Assembly (NCBI GenBank): GCA_965649265.1
Contig: CBFGKC010000006.1
Coordinates: 64,001 to 128,000, forward strand
Origin: a candidate division WOR-3 bacterium
GTDB taxonomy: Bacteria > Hydrothermota > Tepidihabitantia > B3-TA06
Reading direction: 5' to 3'
Length of the DNA stretch: 64,000 nt
Below the pieces are notes generated by a model, which ran no database searches, was not told where the DNA came from, and was given only the letters and a program-made list of their open reading frames with translations. Numbering within the stretch: the stretch's first letter is position 1; each line of letters opens with the position of its first letter. Below, one piece after another: positions 11,349 to 21,149 of this stretch. The position numbers and the translations under genes are program-made.

Positions 11349-11381
11349 TTCTTAGGCAGAGAGGTATTCTAAGGAGATATC

Positions 11382-11924
11382 ATGAGGCTAGATGGAACAC
11401 TGAATGATTATCCGCTGTCCGATATCTTTCAGCTGATTTTTCTGGGAAAGAGGTCCGGAACGCTGCACATATACTCGGGTGGAGATGAGGGGAAAATAGT
11501 AATCGCAGACAACCTGCTGAGATTTGCAAACACCAAGAAAATAAAGGGTCTGCAGGCGGTAAGGGATATCCTCGGCTGGTCGACGGGCAAGTTCGTTTTT
11601 GATACCGAAGAAATGAACGATCTCGAGGAGGGAACGAGGATTGACCTTCCGATTCAACAATTCATACTGGCGCTTTCAACCGAGAAGGACGAATGCGAGG
11701 ATCTCAGGACCAAGGTGGGGGGCCCCTCCAAGAGGCTTTTTCTTGTTTCGGTCGCACCCGGCAACAAGCCCATAACCCTTTCGGCGATGGAATGGCAAGT
11801 CGTCACCCATCTGGGTGATTCGCCAACAGTCAAGGATCTTGAAGCGAGGCTGGCGCTTCCGGAGCGCGATCTTTTGCGTGTAGTGGTCGAACTCTGCGGC
11901 CGCGGACTTCTGACCATAGAGTAG
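11382..11924 (+). CDS. DUF4388-domain protein
   Basis: LDGTLNDYPLSDIFQLI...SGTL...WSTGKFVF pattern and a C-terminal winged-helix-like tail. Confidence 0.75.
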   Translation: MRLDGTLNDYPLSDIFQLIFLGKRSGTLHIYSGGDEGKIVIADNLLRFANTKKIKGLQAVRDILGWSTGKFVFDTEEMNDLEEGTRIDLPIQQFILALSTEKDECEDLRTKVGGPSKRLFLVSVAPGNKPITLSAMEWQVVTHLGDSPTVKDLEARLALPERDLLRVVVELCGRGLLTIE

Positions 11925-11931
11925 TCCGAAC

Positions 11932-11964
11932 AAAAAAAGAGGCCAACCGTCGCGGTTGACCTCT
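11932..11964 (-). terminator. Rho-independent terminator of the minus-strand ABC operon
   Basis: Minus strand agaggtcaaccg-cga-cggttggcctct followed by a T run. Confidence 0.75.
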
Positions 11965-12000
11965 AGAGGTTCATGCGTAAATGCAATAATGTCCGGTTTG

Positions 12001-12747
12001 TTACTTCCTCTCCAGATACTTGACAGTGAACACTTCAGCAGGGAATGAGGAGCCTATTTCCACGTCACTCAGCACGAACTCTGTCCAGGTGTCCTTTCTC
12101 AGCTTGTTTTCCATTTTTACGTGTGTCGGGTAGTACTGGGTACCGATTTTTCTGGATTCCAGGACATCGATTGTCTTCAGAAGAGTAACGCTCTTGGAGT
12201 AGTACTCGGCCTTGAGGTAGCTGTAATCATTTTTCGAGACCCATATCCTGCGCATGAAGTAACTGCCTTCCTTGTCAGGCTTCAGGGTGAGCTTGAGGAT
12301 GTAGCACTTTACTCCCCTTATGGCTTCTTCGCCGTCCAGGGTAACGTAGTAGTCTTCCGCAAGCTTCTCGTTCTCCACCGCGTCGCCGTAAGAAAAGTCC
12401 GAACCCATGAATGAGCCTTTTGCGGCCGTTCCCGAAAACCTGGTTGCTTTTCCCACCGACGGCAGGTACATCCACAGGGTATCCTTTATCTTCAAGAACC
12501 GTTTGCCGGAATCCTCCTTGGGTGAGATGAACTCCATGTATGCCTTGTCCCGGCCCTGCACATAGCCTTTGAATTCCTTCTTGATGAGTTTTCCGGAGAT
12601 GCTTATCTGGAGTTGTGCCGTGTACCTTATCGAGGAAGTAAAGGTGTTGCGGTCGAGCTTTGAGAGTATCTCTTCAGGTGTTGCGGCTTCGAGTGTACCT
12701 ATCGCCAAAAACATCAGTGCAAAAATTGGATAAAGAATCCTTTTCAT
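12001..12747 (-). CDS. Outer-membrane lipoprotein-sorting (LolA-like) protein
   Basis: Signal peptide MKRILYP..., WMYLPS, SFMGSDFSYGD. Confidence 0.85.
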   Translation of the reverse strand: MKRILYPIFALMFLAIGTLEAATPEEILSKLDRNTFTSSIRYTAQLQISISGKLIKKEFKGYVQGRDKAYMEFISPKEDSGKRFLKIKDTLWMYLPSVGKATRFSGTAAKGSFMGSDFSYGDAVENEKLAEDYYVTLDGEEAIRGVKCYILKLTLKPDKEGSYFMRRIWVSKNDYSYLKAEYYSKSVTLLKTIDVLESRKIGTQYYPTHVKMENKLRKDTWTEFVLSDVEIGSSFPAEVFTVKYLERK

Positions 12748-12757
12748 GTTTCTCCTT

Positions 12758-13984
12758 TCATATCCTGCGCAGCGCGGAGGCAGGCTCAACCTTGGTCCCC
12801 TGGCGGGCGGGATAAAGCGCAGTCAAAGTGGCGACGAACCAGCCGAACAGGAAACAGCCGACAACGGCCGCGGCAGATAGATCGAGCCGGATTATCGGGT
12901 CGAAGTATATTGTTCCAAGGTCCTGTCCTGCCAGCGATGAAAAGTTCACCACCGGCGCGGCAAGGGCGAGGAGTAATCCGAACACGGTGCCGACTACGGC
13001 GCCGAAAAATCCTATCATCGACGCCTCGACGGTCAGGAGCCAGAGAATGCTCGAAGAGCGCATGCCCATTGCCTTGAGGATCCCTATCTCCTTGATGCGT
13101 TCGAATACCGCCATGAGCATCGTGTTAATTATCGTAGCCGATGCGATAAGGAGGATGACGAAGTAGATTACCCAGAAGACCTTGAAGACCATGCTCATCA
13201 TTCCCAGAAAGTCGTCGTTTTTCCACGGTATGAAATCGAGCCCGAGCGTTTCGCCCGCATCTTTCTGCCATTTGGCGGCCACCCTGTCGGCGTTTTCCCT
13301 GGAATCGAGAAGGACCAGCGCCTCGGCGGCCCTGCCCTGAAGACCCAGGAGCTCCTGTGCGGCGGCAAGCGGAACGTAGAAGACCTTTTCGTCGAGATTG
13401 GGTTGACCGAGTTCTATTATTCCCTTGACGGTGAGGTTTATTCCTGAAGGCGAGCCGTAAGCGTCGGACGTAATCACGACAAGGGAATCGCCGACCTTGA
13501 ATCCCAGATCCTCGGCAAGGCCCTTGCCTATGAGTATCCCCTTATCGTTTGGCGCGAGATAGGAGCCTTCCTTCAGATATTTCCCGGTTGATAAATCAAG
13601 AAATCCCTTCTCGCGCTCGACGTCGATGGCGTTACCGAACGCGGGTTTGGAGATATTGCCGTTAGAAAGCAGAACCCCGAACGGGATGCGATATGTAAAG
13701 GCCCTGACCTGGGGGGTATTTTCGATCATCCGCTCAAGCTCCGGCGTTATGTAGAGGGCCTCCCCCAGGGGGTAGAGGCTTTTACGACGCTCGAACTCGT
13801 GGGTTACGATCCGTATGTGACCGGTTTTTATGCGGGCGGTGTTTTCTATCATGTTCCCTATCATTCCAGAGATGAAACCCTGGGAGTAGATAAGGAGCGC
13901 CACTGCTATGATTATTCCGAGCGCGGTCAGGATGGAGCGGCGCTTGTTGCGCATTACGTTGCGAAGAGCCAAGTTGAAAAGCAT
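12758..13984 (-). CDS. ABC transporter permease (LolC/E, FtsX-like)
   Basis: RNKRRSILT, ERIKEIGILKAMG, four TM segments plus a periplasmic domain. Confidence 0.9.
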   Translation of the reverse strand: MLFNLALRNVMRNKRRSILTALGIIIAVALLIYSQGFISGMIGNMIENTARIKTGHIRIVTHEFERRKSLYPLGEALYITPELERMIENTPQVRAFTYRIPFGVLLSNGNISKPAFGNAIDVEREKGFLDLSTGKYLKEGSYLAPNDKGILIGKGLAEDLGFKVGDSLVVITSDAYGSPSGINLTVKGIIELGQPNLDEKVFYVPLAAAQELLGLQGRAAEALVLLDSRENADRVAAKWQKDAGETLGLDFIPWKNDDFLGMMSMVFKVFWVIYFVILLIASATIINTMLMAVFERIKEIGILKAMGMRSSSILWLLTVEASMIGFFGAVVGTVFGLLLALAAPVVNFSSLAGQDLGTIYFDPIIRLDLSAAAVVGCFLFGWFVATLTALYPARQGTKVEPASALRRI

Positions 13985-13993
13985 TCTTTCCTC

Positions 13994-15232
13994 CTAGACG
14001 TGGCGTAGCGCTTCTGAAGGTTCTATCTTCGTCGCCTTGCGCGTAGGTATCAGGGTTATGAGAGTCGAGATCGCCCAGCCCAGAAAGAACGTGAAAGCCA
14101 TGTAGTCGAAGTTGTACTCGCCTCTGAAACGCAAATCCATGGGCATGGGCATCTTGAAGTCACCCATCATGGAGGTCAGGTCTATGCCTACCTCGGTCAT
14201 GTATGTGACCACTGCCAGACCCATCAATACGCCGAACAGCCCGCCGAGAAAGCCTATAAAAGAGCCTTCCATGAGCATCATCCATCTTATATTACCTTTA
14301 GTGAAACCCATCGCTCTCATCGTTCCAAGCTCCGGTATGCGTTCGTATATCGACAAAAGCATGGTGTTCACGATTCCCACGAGCGCGATGACGATTACGA
14401 TGAGCGCGATCAGATATCCTATCGATTGCTTCTGGCCTGCAATCTCGAATAGCCCGGAGTTAAGATCGTACCAGGTATAGGTCTCGAAAGAATCGCCGTA
14501 GTCCTTGCGAATCTTTGCACCCAGGCCGTTGAGCCTGTCTGTGTCCCTTGGTTTTCCTTTCACGTGCAGGTCTATTTCCGATGCCGCACCGGGCGCTTCG
14601 AGAATCTCCTGGGCTTCCGCGAGCGAGATGAAGAGGGCATTTGAATTGATCATGGGGTTGGATGTGTTGAGAATCCCTGAAATTTCATACTCCCGGACGT
14701 CGGTGACGCCCCGCCTGGACCTCGTTTGAACGAGAAGCAAGTCGCCGACCTTCACGTTCAGTTCCTTGGCGAGTCCTGAGCCGACGATAAGGTCGCCCTT
14801 TTCTTTCAGGAACCGGCCCGCGGATATGTACTTTTTTAGTTTGAACACTTGCTGGTCCTTTACAGGATCAATCCCGACGCCGAAGGCGAAAAGCTCGGCC
14901 TGGGGACCGATGACCATCGAGCTGAAGCGAAGCCTGGGTGTCGCCGAGGATACATCGGGATTTTCCTTGACGAGCTTCTGGCTTAACGCCGACGCACCCT
15001 CAATCAGAGAGTCGAGAGGGAAAAGGAAGCGGTTCTCGAAGAACCCCCGGGGGTATACGACGAGTTCGGAGTTGTCGGTTTCGAGTATATTGCGTATGCT
15101 CTGATTCTCTATTCCTGCGAACATGGAGTCGATAAGTATCATGAACGTGAGCCCGATGGATATCGCAAAAGCCGTGATCAGCGTCCGGCGAGTATGGCGG
15201 AAGACATTTCTTACAGCCAACTTGAACAACAT
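13994..15232 (-). CDS. ABC transporter permease (LolC/E, FtsX-like)
   Basis: RHTRRTLIT, ERIPELGTMRAMG. Confidence 0.9.
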   Translation of the reverse strand: MLFKLAVRNVFRHTRRTLITAFAISIGLTFMILIDSMFAGIENQSIRNILETDNSELVVYPRGFFENRFLFPLDSLIEGASALSQKLVKENPDVSSATPRLRFSSMVIGPQAELFAFGVGIDPVKDQQVFKLKKYISAGRFLKEKGDLIVGSGLAKELNVKVGDLLLVQTRSRRGVTDVREYEISGILNTSNPMINSNALFISLAEAQEILEAPGAASEIDLHVKGKPRDTDRLNGLGAKIRKDYGDSFETYTWYDLNSGLFEIAGQKQSIGYLIALIVIVIALVGIVNTMLLSIYERIPELGTMRAMGFTKGNIRWMMLMEGSFIGFLGGLFGVLMGLAVVTYMTEVGIDLTSMMGDFKMPMPMDLRFRGEYNFDYMAFTFFLGWAISTLITLIPTRKATKIEPSEALRHV

Positions 15233-15291
15233 GATTTACGCCCTCCTCTTGAAATCCGAGGCCGTTCTATATTGCGTTTTCAACTGCATGA

Positions 15292-15981
15292 TTACTTCCT
15301 TTTTCTCGTGTCTGAAGTCACGAGACCGTCCTTGAGGAGAACGAGCCTGTCCGCGAAATCCATAACCATCCTGTCGTGGGTGGAGAATATGAACGTCGAG
15401 TGCTTTTCCCTGTTCAGTTTTTTCATGAGGTCGAGTATCTCCTGGCCGGTGGTGGAATCGAGATTCGCGGTCGGTTCATCGGCAAGCACGAGCTTCGGTT
15501 CTTTTACGAGAGCCCTGGCAATGGCCACACGCTGCTGCTGGCCGCCCGACATCTCGGTGGGTCGTCGGTGTATGTAGTCCCTTAATCCGACTTCTATGAG
15601 GATACCTTCCACTACTTCCTTGCGCTTTGCCTTTTCCCAGTGAAGAAGAATCAAGGGTATCTCGACGTTCTCGAACGCCGTCAGCACAGGTATCAGGTTG
15701 AAGGACTGGAAGATGAAGCCTATGGAGTCCTTGCGCAGGATCGCCCGGCTTTTCTTGTTCAATGAAAGCAGGTCGGAGCCGTTCAATGAAACGTTACCCG
15801 ATGTGGGTACGTCAAGGCATCCGATGATGTTCAAAAGGGTGGTTTTGCCGGAGCCCGACGGGCCGGCAATGGACATGAACTCACCCTCGGTTATCTCAAG
15901 ATCGATACCGCGCAGGGCGTGAGTGACCACCCTTCCTGTCTTGTAGTCTTTCACGAGATTTTTGACGCTCAAAAGAGCCAT
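15292..15981 (-). CDS. ABC transporter ATP-binding protein (LolD/MacB-like)
   Basis: GPSGSGKT, MSGGQQQRVAIARAL, LADEPTANLD. Confidence 0.95.
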   Translation of the reverse strand: MALLSVKNLVKDYKTGRVVTHALRGIDLEITEGEFMSIAGPSGSGKTTLLNIIGCLDVPTSGNVSLNGSDLLSLNKKSRAILRKDSIGFIFQSFNLIPVLTAFENVEIPLILLHWEKAKRKEVVEGILIEVGLRDYIHRRPTEMSGGQQQRVAIARALVKEPKLVLADEPTANLDSTTGQEILDLMKKLNREKHSTFIFSTHDRMVMDFADRLVLLKDGLVTSDTRKRK

Positions 15982-16012
15982 GTGTTCTCCTTTTTTCTCA
16001 TGTCGAATCGGG

Positions 16013-17002
16013 TTACTTTCTTTCGAGCCCTTTCATAATAAGATCTACGAACTCCTCGATTTCTTCGTCGGACATGGGCTCGCGGTTCTTGATGAATTGC
16101 GTGATGAACTTCGATCCGTGAACGAACGAGAGGCTTATGAGATATAATACACCTATCTTCGGATTGATGGGTTTTATCTCGCCCTTTTTGGCCGCCACGG
16201 AGATCATGTCCTCCAGGTACTTCAGGCCGGTTTGCATTGCGTTTGCCAGCGATGGAGTCAATCCCGGGGAAGTTATCCCGCTCGAGATCATTTCCTTGAT
16301 GAATAGCTCTATGGAGGCGTTTTTCTGTCCGGCCATGCGCATTTTGGCTTTCCCTAGCGCAATGAACCGGTCGCGGAAGGAAGCCTCTGGATCGTCGAGC
16401 TTCGTAAGAATCTCCATCAAATCGGAAACCGTATCGTTCAGTACTGCCTGGTAAAGTCCCTCCTTGTCCTTGAAGTAATAGTAAATGTTGGGCAGCGTCA
16501 CGCCGGCCTTGTCGGCGATATCCCTTATCGACGCACCTTCGTAGCCCTTTGCAGAGAAGCACTCAAGCGCGGCATTCAATATCTTTTTCCTCACCTCGCC
16601 CTTCACTCGCCTCGTTTTTTCAAGTTCCTCCCTGGCGTTTGTGATAGTGGCAATAACGTCAACCGAATCCACATCCTCCTCGAATAAGTTCTCTCTCGGA
16701 TCGGTGACCCAGTAGCGCGAACCGTCGCGGGGTCTTGAGATGAAACCTTCGTCTACCAGTTCCCTCCTTAGTGTAACGTGGTCGAGCCTTTTTGACGCGT
16801 TTGCTTTTTCAAGCCATTCCCTGATCAGATCGTTGATCTCCGCTTCCTTGTATTCCCTCGATGAATTCAAAGAGAGCGAGAGTGCCTTAAGCAGCACCGC
16901 CTTGTCTCTGCGCCTCTTGGGTAGGCCTTCAAGACGTTTCCCGGCGAAAAGCTCGATTATCCTTTTTTCAAAATCATTCCTGGTTATTAACTTGTTCTGC
17001 AT
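16013..17002 (-). CDS. TetR-family regulator with an N-terminal DUF2087-like domain
   Basis: N-terminal LPKRRRDK...YKEAEIN...DHVTLRRELVD; TetR HTH ILNAALECFSAKGY...IYYYFKDKE. Confidence 0.85.
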   Translation of the reverse strand: MQNKLITRNDFEKRIIELFAGKRLEGLPKRRRDKAVLLKALSLSLNSSREYKEAEINDLIREWLEKANASKRLDHVTLRRELVDEGFISRPRDGSRYWVTDPRENLFEEDVDSVDVIATITNAREELEKTRRVKGEVRKKILNAALECFSAKGYEGASIRDIADKAGVTLPNIYYYFKDKEGLYQAVLNDTVSDLMEILTKLDDPEASFRDRFIALGKAKMRMAGQKNASIELFIKEMISSGITSPGLTPSLANAMQTGLKYLEDMISVAAKKGEIKPINPKIGVLYLISLSFVHGSKFITQFIKNREPMSDEEIEEFVDLIMKGLERK

Positions 17003-17023
17003 TGATTCTCCAAATTCAACATC

Positions 17024-17089
17024 TTAACTAACGTTAAAATAATTATAGGAAAACAGAGTGCTTTGTCAAGTATTTTTAACTATCGATAA
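17024..17089 (-). promoter_or_regulatory. Promoter TTGACA-16-TATAAT flanked by two imperfect palindromes (candidate TetR operators)
   Basis: -35 at 17064-17069, -10 at 17042-17047; TTAACTAACGTTAA at 17024-17037 and TTAACTATCGATAA at 17076-17089. Confidence 0.7.
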
Positions 17090-17226
17090 ATAAAATTGAC
17101 TATTTTGGGGTGTGTGATGCTTTCTTATCCTGCGTTAAGTAATCAGGAGTTCTGCGTTTGTTTTGTGTTTCTACTATGACTGATTTCTCACAATACCCCA
17201 GGTCTATGCGCCTCGCTCTTGAGGGA

Positions 17227-18288
17227 TTACGGGGAACGCCTTTCCCACAGCACGGTTCCCTTTGAATCCTCCTCGCGCGTTAACTTGCCCTCCGAATCGA
17301 ATACTTTCCTTGAATTCCAGGATTTTCCCGATACGTTCTCAGTGCCCGGCTCGTTGAACCTGTAAGTGTAATGGGGAGTATCTGTGCCGGGCCAGTACTC
17401 AATCTCGTCCACCGCCCAGATGGGTGAGGCCGCCTGCGGGCGGTCGGGCGAGGAGGGCGAGGAGGGCGAGGTTCGATAGAATACCTGCTTTCTTAACAGA
17501 CCAATCTCGTATATGTAGCGCCATTTGACAACGCCGACCTGGGTCATGAAAAGATATCCCCGCGAATTGACCGGGTAGAGGACGTCCACCATGTCATTGC
17601 CGAAAGCGTAGAACTCGCCTCCGTCAGGATAAGGTGCCGTGATCCATATATATTCGATTTTACCTTCTTTTCTCCATATTTTCACGAATCCTTTGACAGA
17701 ATCTCCGTCCGCAACCACTTTCAATCCCTTTGACCATTCCTCGGGGGCAGGTTTAGAGTAAAGGAGCGGCGGAAATGAATCGTAAGCGTAAGTGCCGATC
17801 GTGGAATTGAAGCCTGCCAGGTCGGGGAAATACTGGTAAAGCGTGTTCGCAATGAGATCGACGAAAGGAGCCTTTGACCGCGAAACGGAAATGAGTTCCC
17901 AGTAGTTGCCGTGAGAATCCCTGAATCCGGGAGGGGGGCCGTACCTTCTTTCAGGATTGAGTGTAAAGGTCATTTTCAGGTCGTGGTACTTTTTGAAGGA
18001 AAGCAGGAGGTCGTCGTAGAGCTGGACCGTTGCGTATACCGAAAGGCCGAATACGCTGTCCTCCAGCTCTCCGTGAATCACATCCTTGACCTTGCAGCTG
18101 AATACGTGACCCCAGCCGTGCGACATCTTGTAGTCGGCGTCGACCAGCACGACCAGTGTGGAATCGGTAACCGCTTCGCCGTCGTCATTGATATCTGTTG
18201 TCTTGCCTGCGGCCTTCATCGTGCGGCACCCTAATATCACAATAACGCTCAAAAACACCAAGAAACCACTCTTTGTTTTATTCATCAT
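17227..18288 (-). CDS. Hypothetical lipoprotein
   Basis: Lipobox-like VILGC after a hydrophobic stretch; SD GGAGG. Confidence 0.65.
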   Translation of the reverse strand: MMNKTKSGFLVFLSVIVILGCRTMKAAGKTTDINDDGEAVTDSTLVVLVDADYKMSHGWGHVFSCKVKDVIHGELEDSVFGLSVYATVQLYDDLLLSFKKYHDLKMTFTLNPERRYGPPPGFRDSHGNYWELISVSRSKAPFVDLIANTLYQYFPDLAGFNSTIGTYAYDSFPPLLYSKPAPEEWSKGLKVVADGDSVKGFVKIWRKEGKIEYIWITAPYPDGGEFYAFGNDMVDVLYPVNSRGYLFMTQVGVVKWRYIYEIGLLRKQVFYRTSPSSPSSPDRPQAASPIWAVDEIEYWPGTDTPHYTYRFNEPGTENVSGKSWNSRKVFDSEGKLTREEDSKGTVLWERRSP

Positions 18289-18979
18289 TTCCTCCAGTTT
18301 GAAAACCGACCAGCTTCACGTTTACCTCAGACACCGTTCCGTGATGGATGTAGGAGTATCCGGTGATGCCGACGCCGGGAACGAAGTCGACTATCGTATG
18401 ATCGGGCAAGGTTACCAGGGCCAGACGATAACGAGTGAAGTGGGGCAGAGGCAACTCCCTTATCAACCAGGGATCGAGGCTGTCAACCTCGATAACCTGC
18501 CAGTGATAGCTGCCGTCCAATCCTCCAAAGGTCTTGTTAATGGAAAGCGGAAGATCAAGAAAAAGCTCGGATTTATCGAACAGCCCGTCAAGTGAATCAT
18601 TCTCATCCAGCAGTCTCTTCAGAATGTTGTCCACCCGCGAAGCGTTTACCAGATAGTACTTGTTTTCACCGGTCCTTGCAATCAGGTAATCCCCGGGCTG
18701 CCGGTTTTCGTCATACCAGGCCAGATCCCCGGGGTACCCCTTAACTCGCGCGGCCTTTATCCCGTCCCTTTCGAACGTTTTGACTATTTCCATCCTCCAA
18801 GTTATCGTATCTTCCGCTACATCCGGTGAGCCGGGGACGCTCCATTTTACCGGACCTTCGTAAACCCAGTACGTTCCCACGCTCATGGGAAAACCATCTT
18901 CCCTGCTTGAGCCTTTGGCTGAAGGAGCACAAAGAAAAACCAGAACCGGAACGATTACGGTCAAATGTGTTTTTTTCAA
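18278..18979 (-). CDS. Hypothetical exported protein
   Basis: TTG at 18979 after GGAGG; signal peptide; FPMSVGTYWVYEG and FVPGVGI motifs. Confidence 0.65.
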   Translation of the reverse strand: MKKTHLTVIVPVLVFLCAPSAKGSSREDGFPMSVGTYWVYEGPVKWSVPGSPDVAEDTITWRMEIVKTFERDGIKAARVKGYPGDLAWYDENRQPGDYLIARTGENKYYLVNASRVDNILKRLLDENDSLDGLFDKSELFLDLPLSINKTFGGLDGSYHWQVIEVDSLDPWLIRELPLPHFTRYRLALVTLPDHTIVDFVPGVGITGYSYIHHGTVSEVNVKLVGFQTGGNDE

Positions 18980-19004
18980 CGCATTCCTCCAACAAAAATG
19001 TACG

Positions 19005-19180
19005 CTACCGTTTCCAGCCGTAAATCCTTCGTTCGGCAGTCTCGAGGAGCCTCTCTGGGGAGCCGTCTTCGGGCACGAACCAGAGTTCGAATCTCGCCGG
19101 ATACTCGTGCTTGCAATCATTGTCTTTCCACTGACTGAAAATGATCCGATTTTGTATGTCTGCCTGGTCGAAAGACCAGG
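19005..19180 (-). pseudogene. Truncated paralogous 3' end of the 20002-21105 gene
   Basis: EYPARFELWFVPEDGSPERLLETAERRIYGWKR is nearly identical to the C-terminus of the 367-aa ORF. Confidence 0.75.
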
Positions 19181-19335
19181 TCGAACTGAGAGTCACGTCC
19201 GGTGCAGTGATTGACTTCTTTACTTTTCTAAAAAAACGGAGTTCCAACTGACAGTTCCGATCTCGCACGTCTGTGGGCAGGTAGATGTGTCCGGCTGGAT
19301 CGCAGGATTCCCATCGAGTTCTGGATCACGGTGCT

Positions 19336-19830
19336 CTATTTCTTTTGTTTCCACAGTTCCTCGTTCAATGTGAGTTCACCTGGATTATCAGGATTCTTAT
19401 TTGTGAACCCCAAGCATTTTAGAGGGGCAACTTGAGCTTCGTGCCCCGGTGCGTTGTGGGTGATGATCGACAGTGCACCCCTGACGTTGAAACAGTGCTG
19501 AACTATCGCTTGAAGGGCTTCTCTGTCATGGTCGTTGTCCTGGTATTTTGAAAGGATCACGTGCCCCAAATCCGCCTGTTTTGCCTTGTCTATTCCGTTG
19601 ATCGCCAGGAGGCCAATGAGCTTTCCCGATTTCTTCAGACACGCCGCGAAGTAGTTATCCATGCCTGACATGTACTGAACGGATTTCTGGCAGGTTTCAA
19701 TAGAGGTTTCCCATTTATCAAACGCGGGACCAGGAGCCATTCTCCAGTCAACGGCAAGTTCATGGAAATCTCGCCAGTCATCAGCAGTAAATGATCGCAG
19801 AACTAGTCGCTTCGTCTCAATTCGTTGCAT
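19336..19830 (-). CDS. GNAT acetyltransferase (RimJ/RimL-like)
   Basis: IETKRLVLRSFT start, GKLIG, LGHVIL, CLGF. Confidence 0.75.
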   Translation of the reverse strand: MQRIETKRLVLRSFTADDWRDFHELAVDWRMAPGPAFDKWETSIETCQKSVQYMSGMDNYFAACLKKSGKLIGLLAINGIDKAKQADLGHVILSKYQDNDHDREALQAIVQHCFNVRGALSIITHNAPGHEAQVAPLKCLGFTNKNPDNPGELTLNEELWKQKK

Positions 19831-20001
19831 AAGGTTTTTCCTTTTTAGCTGTTACTTCTTGGTTACGAAACCCGGCAATATACCTCATGAATGCACGTAA
19901 AGCTAGCCGGATTCTCAATCGTTCCTTCAAGTCATCCCCAACGTGTTGTTTTTGTAAAGTCTTCGTAAAAAACTCTCGTCGATTTCCAGCATAAGCGTTG
20001 T

Positions 20002-21105
20002 TTAGCGCTCCCAGCCGTAGATCCTTCTCTCGGCAGTCTCAAGGAGCCTCTCTGGGGAGCCGTCCTCGGGCACGAACCACAGCTCGAAACGCGCCGGATA
20101 CTCTTGCTCCCAGTCTCCCTCCTTGCACCAGACCTCGCAGTTAAAGAAAAATTTCTCCTTCAGGTCGCTAGACCAGCCCACGTACTCTATCGTTCTTTTC
20201 TGCTCCATTTCGTACATTACTTCCGCTCCCGTCTCCGTGTTATAGACCTTGAAGTATGTCCACCCCGGTTTGCCTGGGTTCACGTATCCCGAGGCCATGT
20301 ATATGCCGGGCTGCATGCCGTCACCTACAAAGATCAGGGATTTGTCAGAAATCTTTGTTGAACCCTTGGGCAACAGAGCCGGTGAGAAGCCCTTTTCCAA
20401 CAGCCATCTCAGCTCCGCATCGATCTCGTCTATAGTCTTTTGTGTGAATTTTCTCCATTTACTTTTGGACTGCTCAAAGATTTCTACCCACACTCCTTCG
20501 CCCTTCTCACCCTCCGCTCCCTCGAGAACGAGATATGACTCAAAGCCGGGTTGTTCGTAATCGGGTTTGTAGACGTTGAGTTCGACCGCTGCATCTCCGA
20601 TGACGCCCTTGTCGTACCAGTTGTTGCGTATCCAGCCGTCTTCGCTGCGCGGTTTGTAGTGCTCGAGTCTTATCATCACCCTCGACTGCAGAAGCGTGTC
20701 CGCGTTGAAGTCGGCAACGTATCCGTGCAAGGTCGTATACCAACAGCCCTCTTCAGTCTTTCCGTCTTCCCCGGCCTCATCGCCCGACATTGGGCTGAAG
20801 TTTTCCGGGTTGCCCCTTGCCCTTTTTATCGCAACCAAGGTGCCTTTGATAGCGGGCGTTTCGCCGAAACGAGTCACTCTCCATTCCGCGCTCGAACAGA
20901 GATAGCGCAAGAGAAGCTCCCTCTTATCCCCGACAAAAAGATCGAGGGTCGTATCGTTTGCATCAATCCTGCATGTGCCGATTTTCTCGCGCCACTCTTT
21001 CTTTTCCGTGAGTTCGTTTATGATTGTGCCGCAGCAGCTTCCAGTGATGACTGCGGTAAGGACTGCGCCGAGAAGGAAAATAAGTTTTGAAAGGGACTTA
21101 CTCAT
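20002..21105 (-). CDS. Hypothetical lipoprotein or exported protein
   Basis: Hydrophobic N-terminus ending ITGSCC; 367-aa ORF with host-like composition. Confidence 0.65.
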   Translation of the reverse strand: MSKSLSKLIFLLGAVLTAVITGSCCGTIINELTEKKEWREKIGTCRIDANDTTLDLFVGDKRELLLRYLCSSAEWRVTRFGETPAIKGTLVAIKRARGNPENFSPMSGDEAGEDGKTEEGCWYTTLHGYVADFNADTLLQSRVMIRLEHYKPRSEDGWIRNNWYDKGVIGDAAVELNVYKPDYEQPGFESYLVLEGAEGEKGEGVWVEIFEQSKSKWRKFTQKTIDEIDAELRWLLEKGFSPALLPKGSTKISDKSLIFVGDGMQPGIYMASGYVNPGKPGWTYFKVYNTETGAEVMYEMEQKRTIEYVGWSSDLKEKFFFNCEVWCKEGDWEQEYPARFELWFVPEDGSPERLLETAERRIYGWER

Positions 21106-21149
21106 ACACTAACTATGACGAACGAGAGCGGCGATTGGTTGCTCCGGGT

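Noticed and set aside
19005-20110. DGR template/variable repeat pair
   Set aside because: Differences are mostly synonymous, not adenine-specific, and there is no reverse transcriptase
17227-21105. Integron cassette array
   Set aside because: No attC-like inverted core sites and no integrase seen
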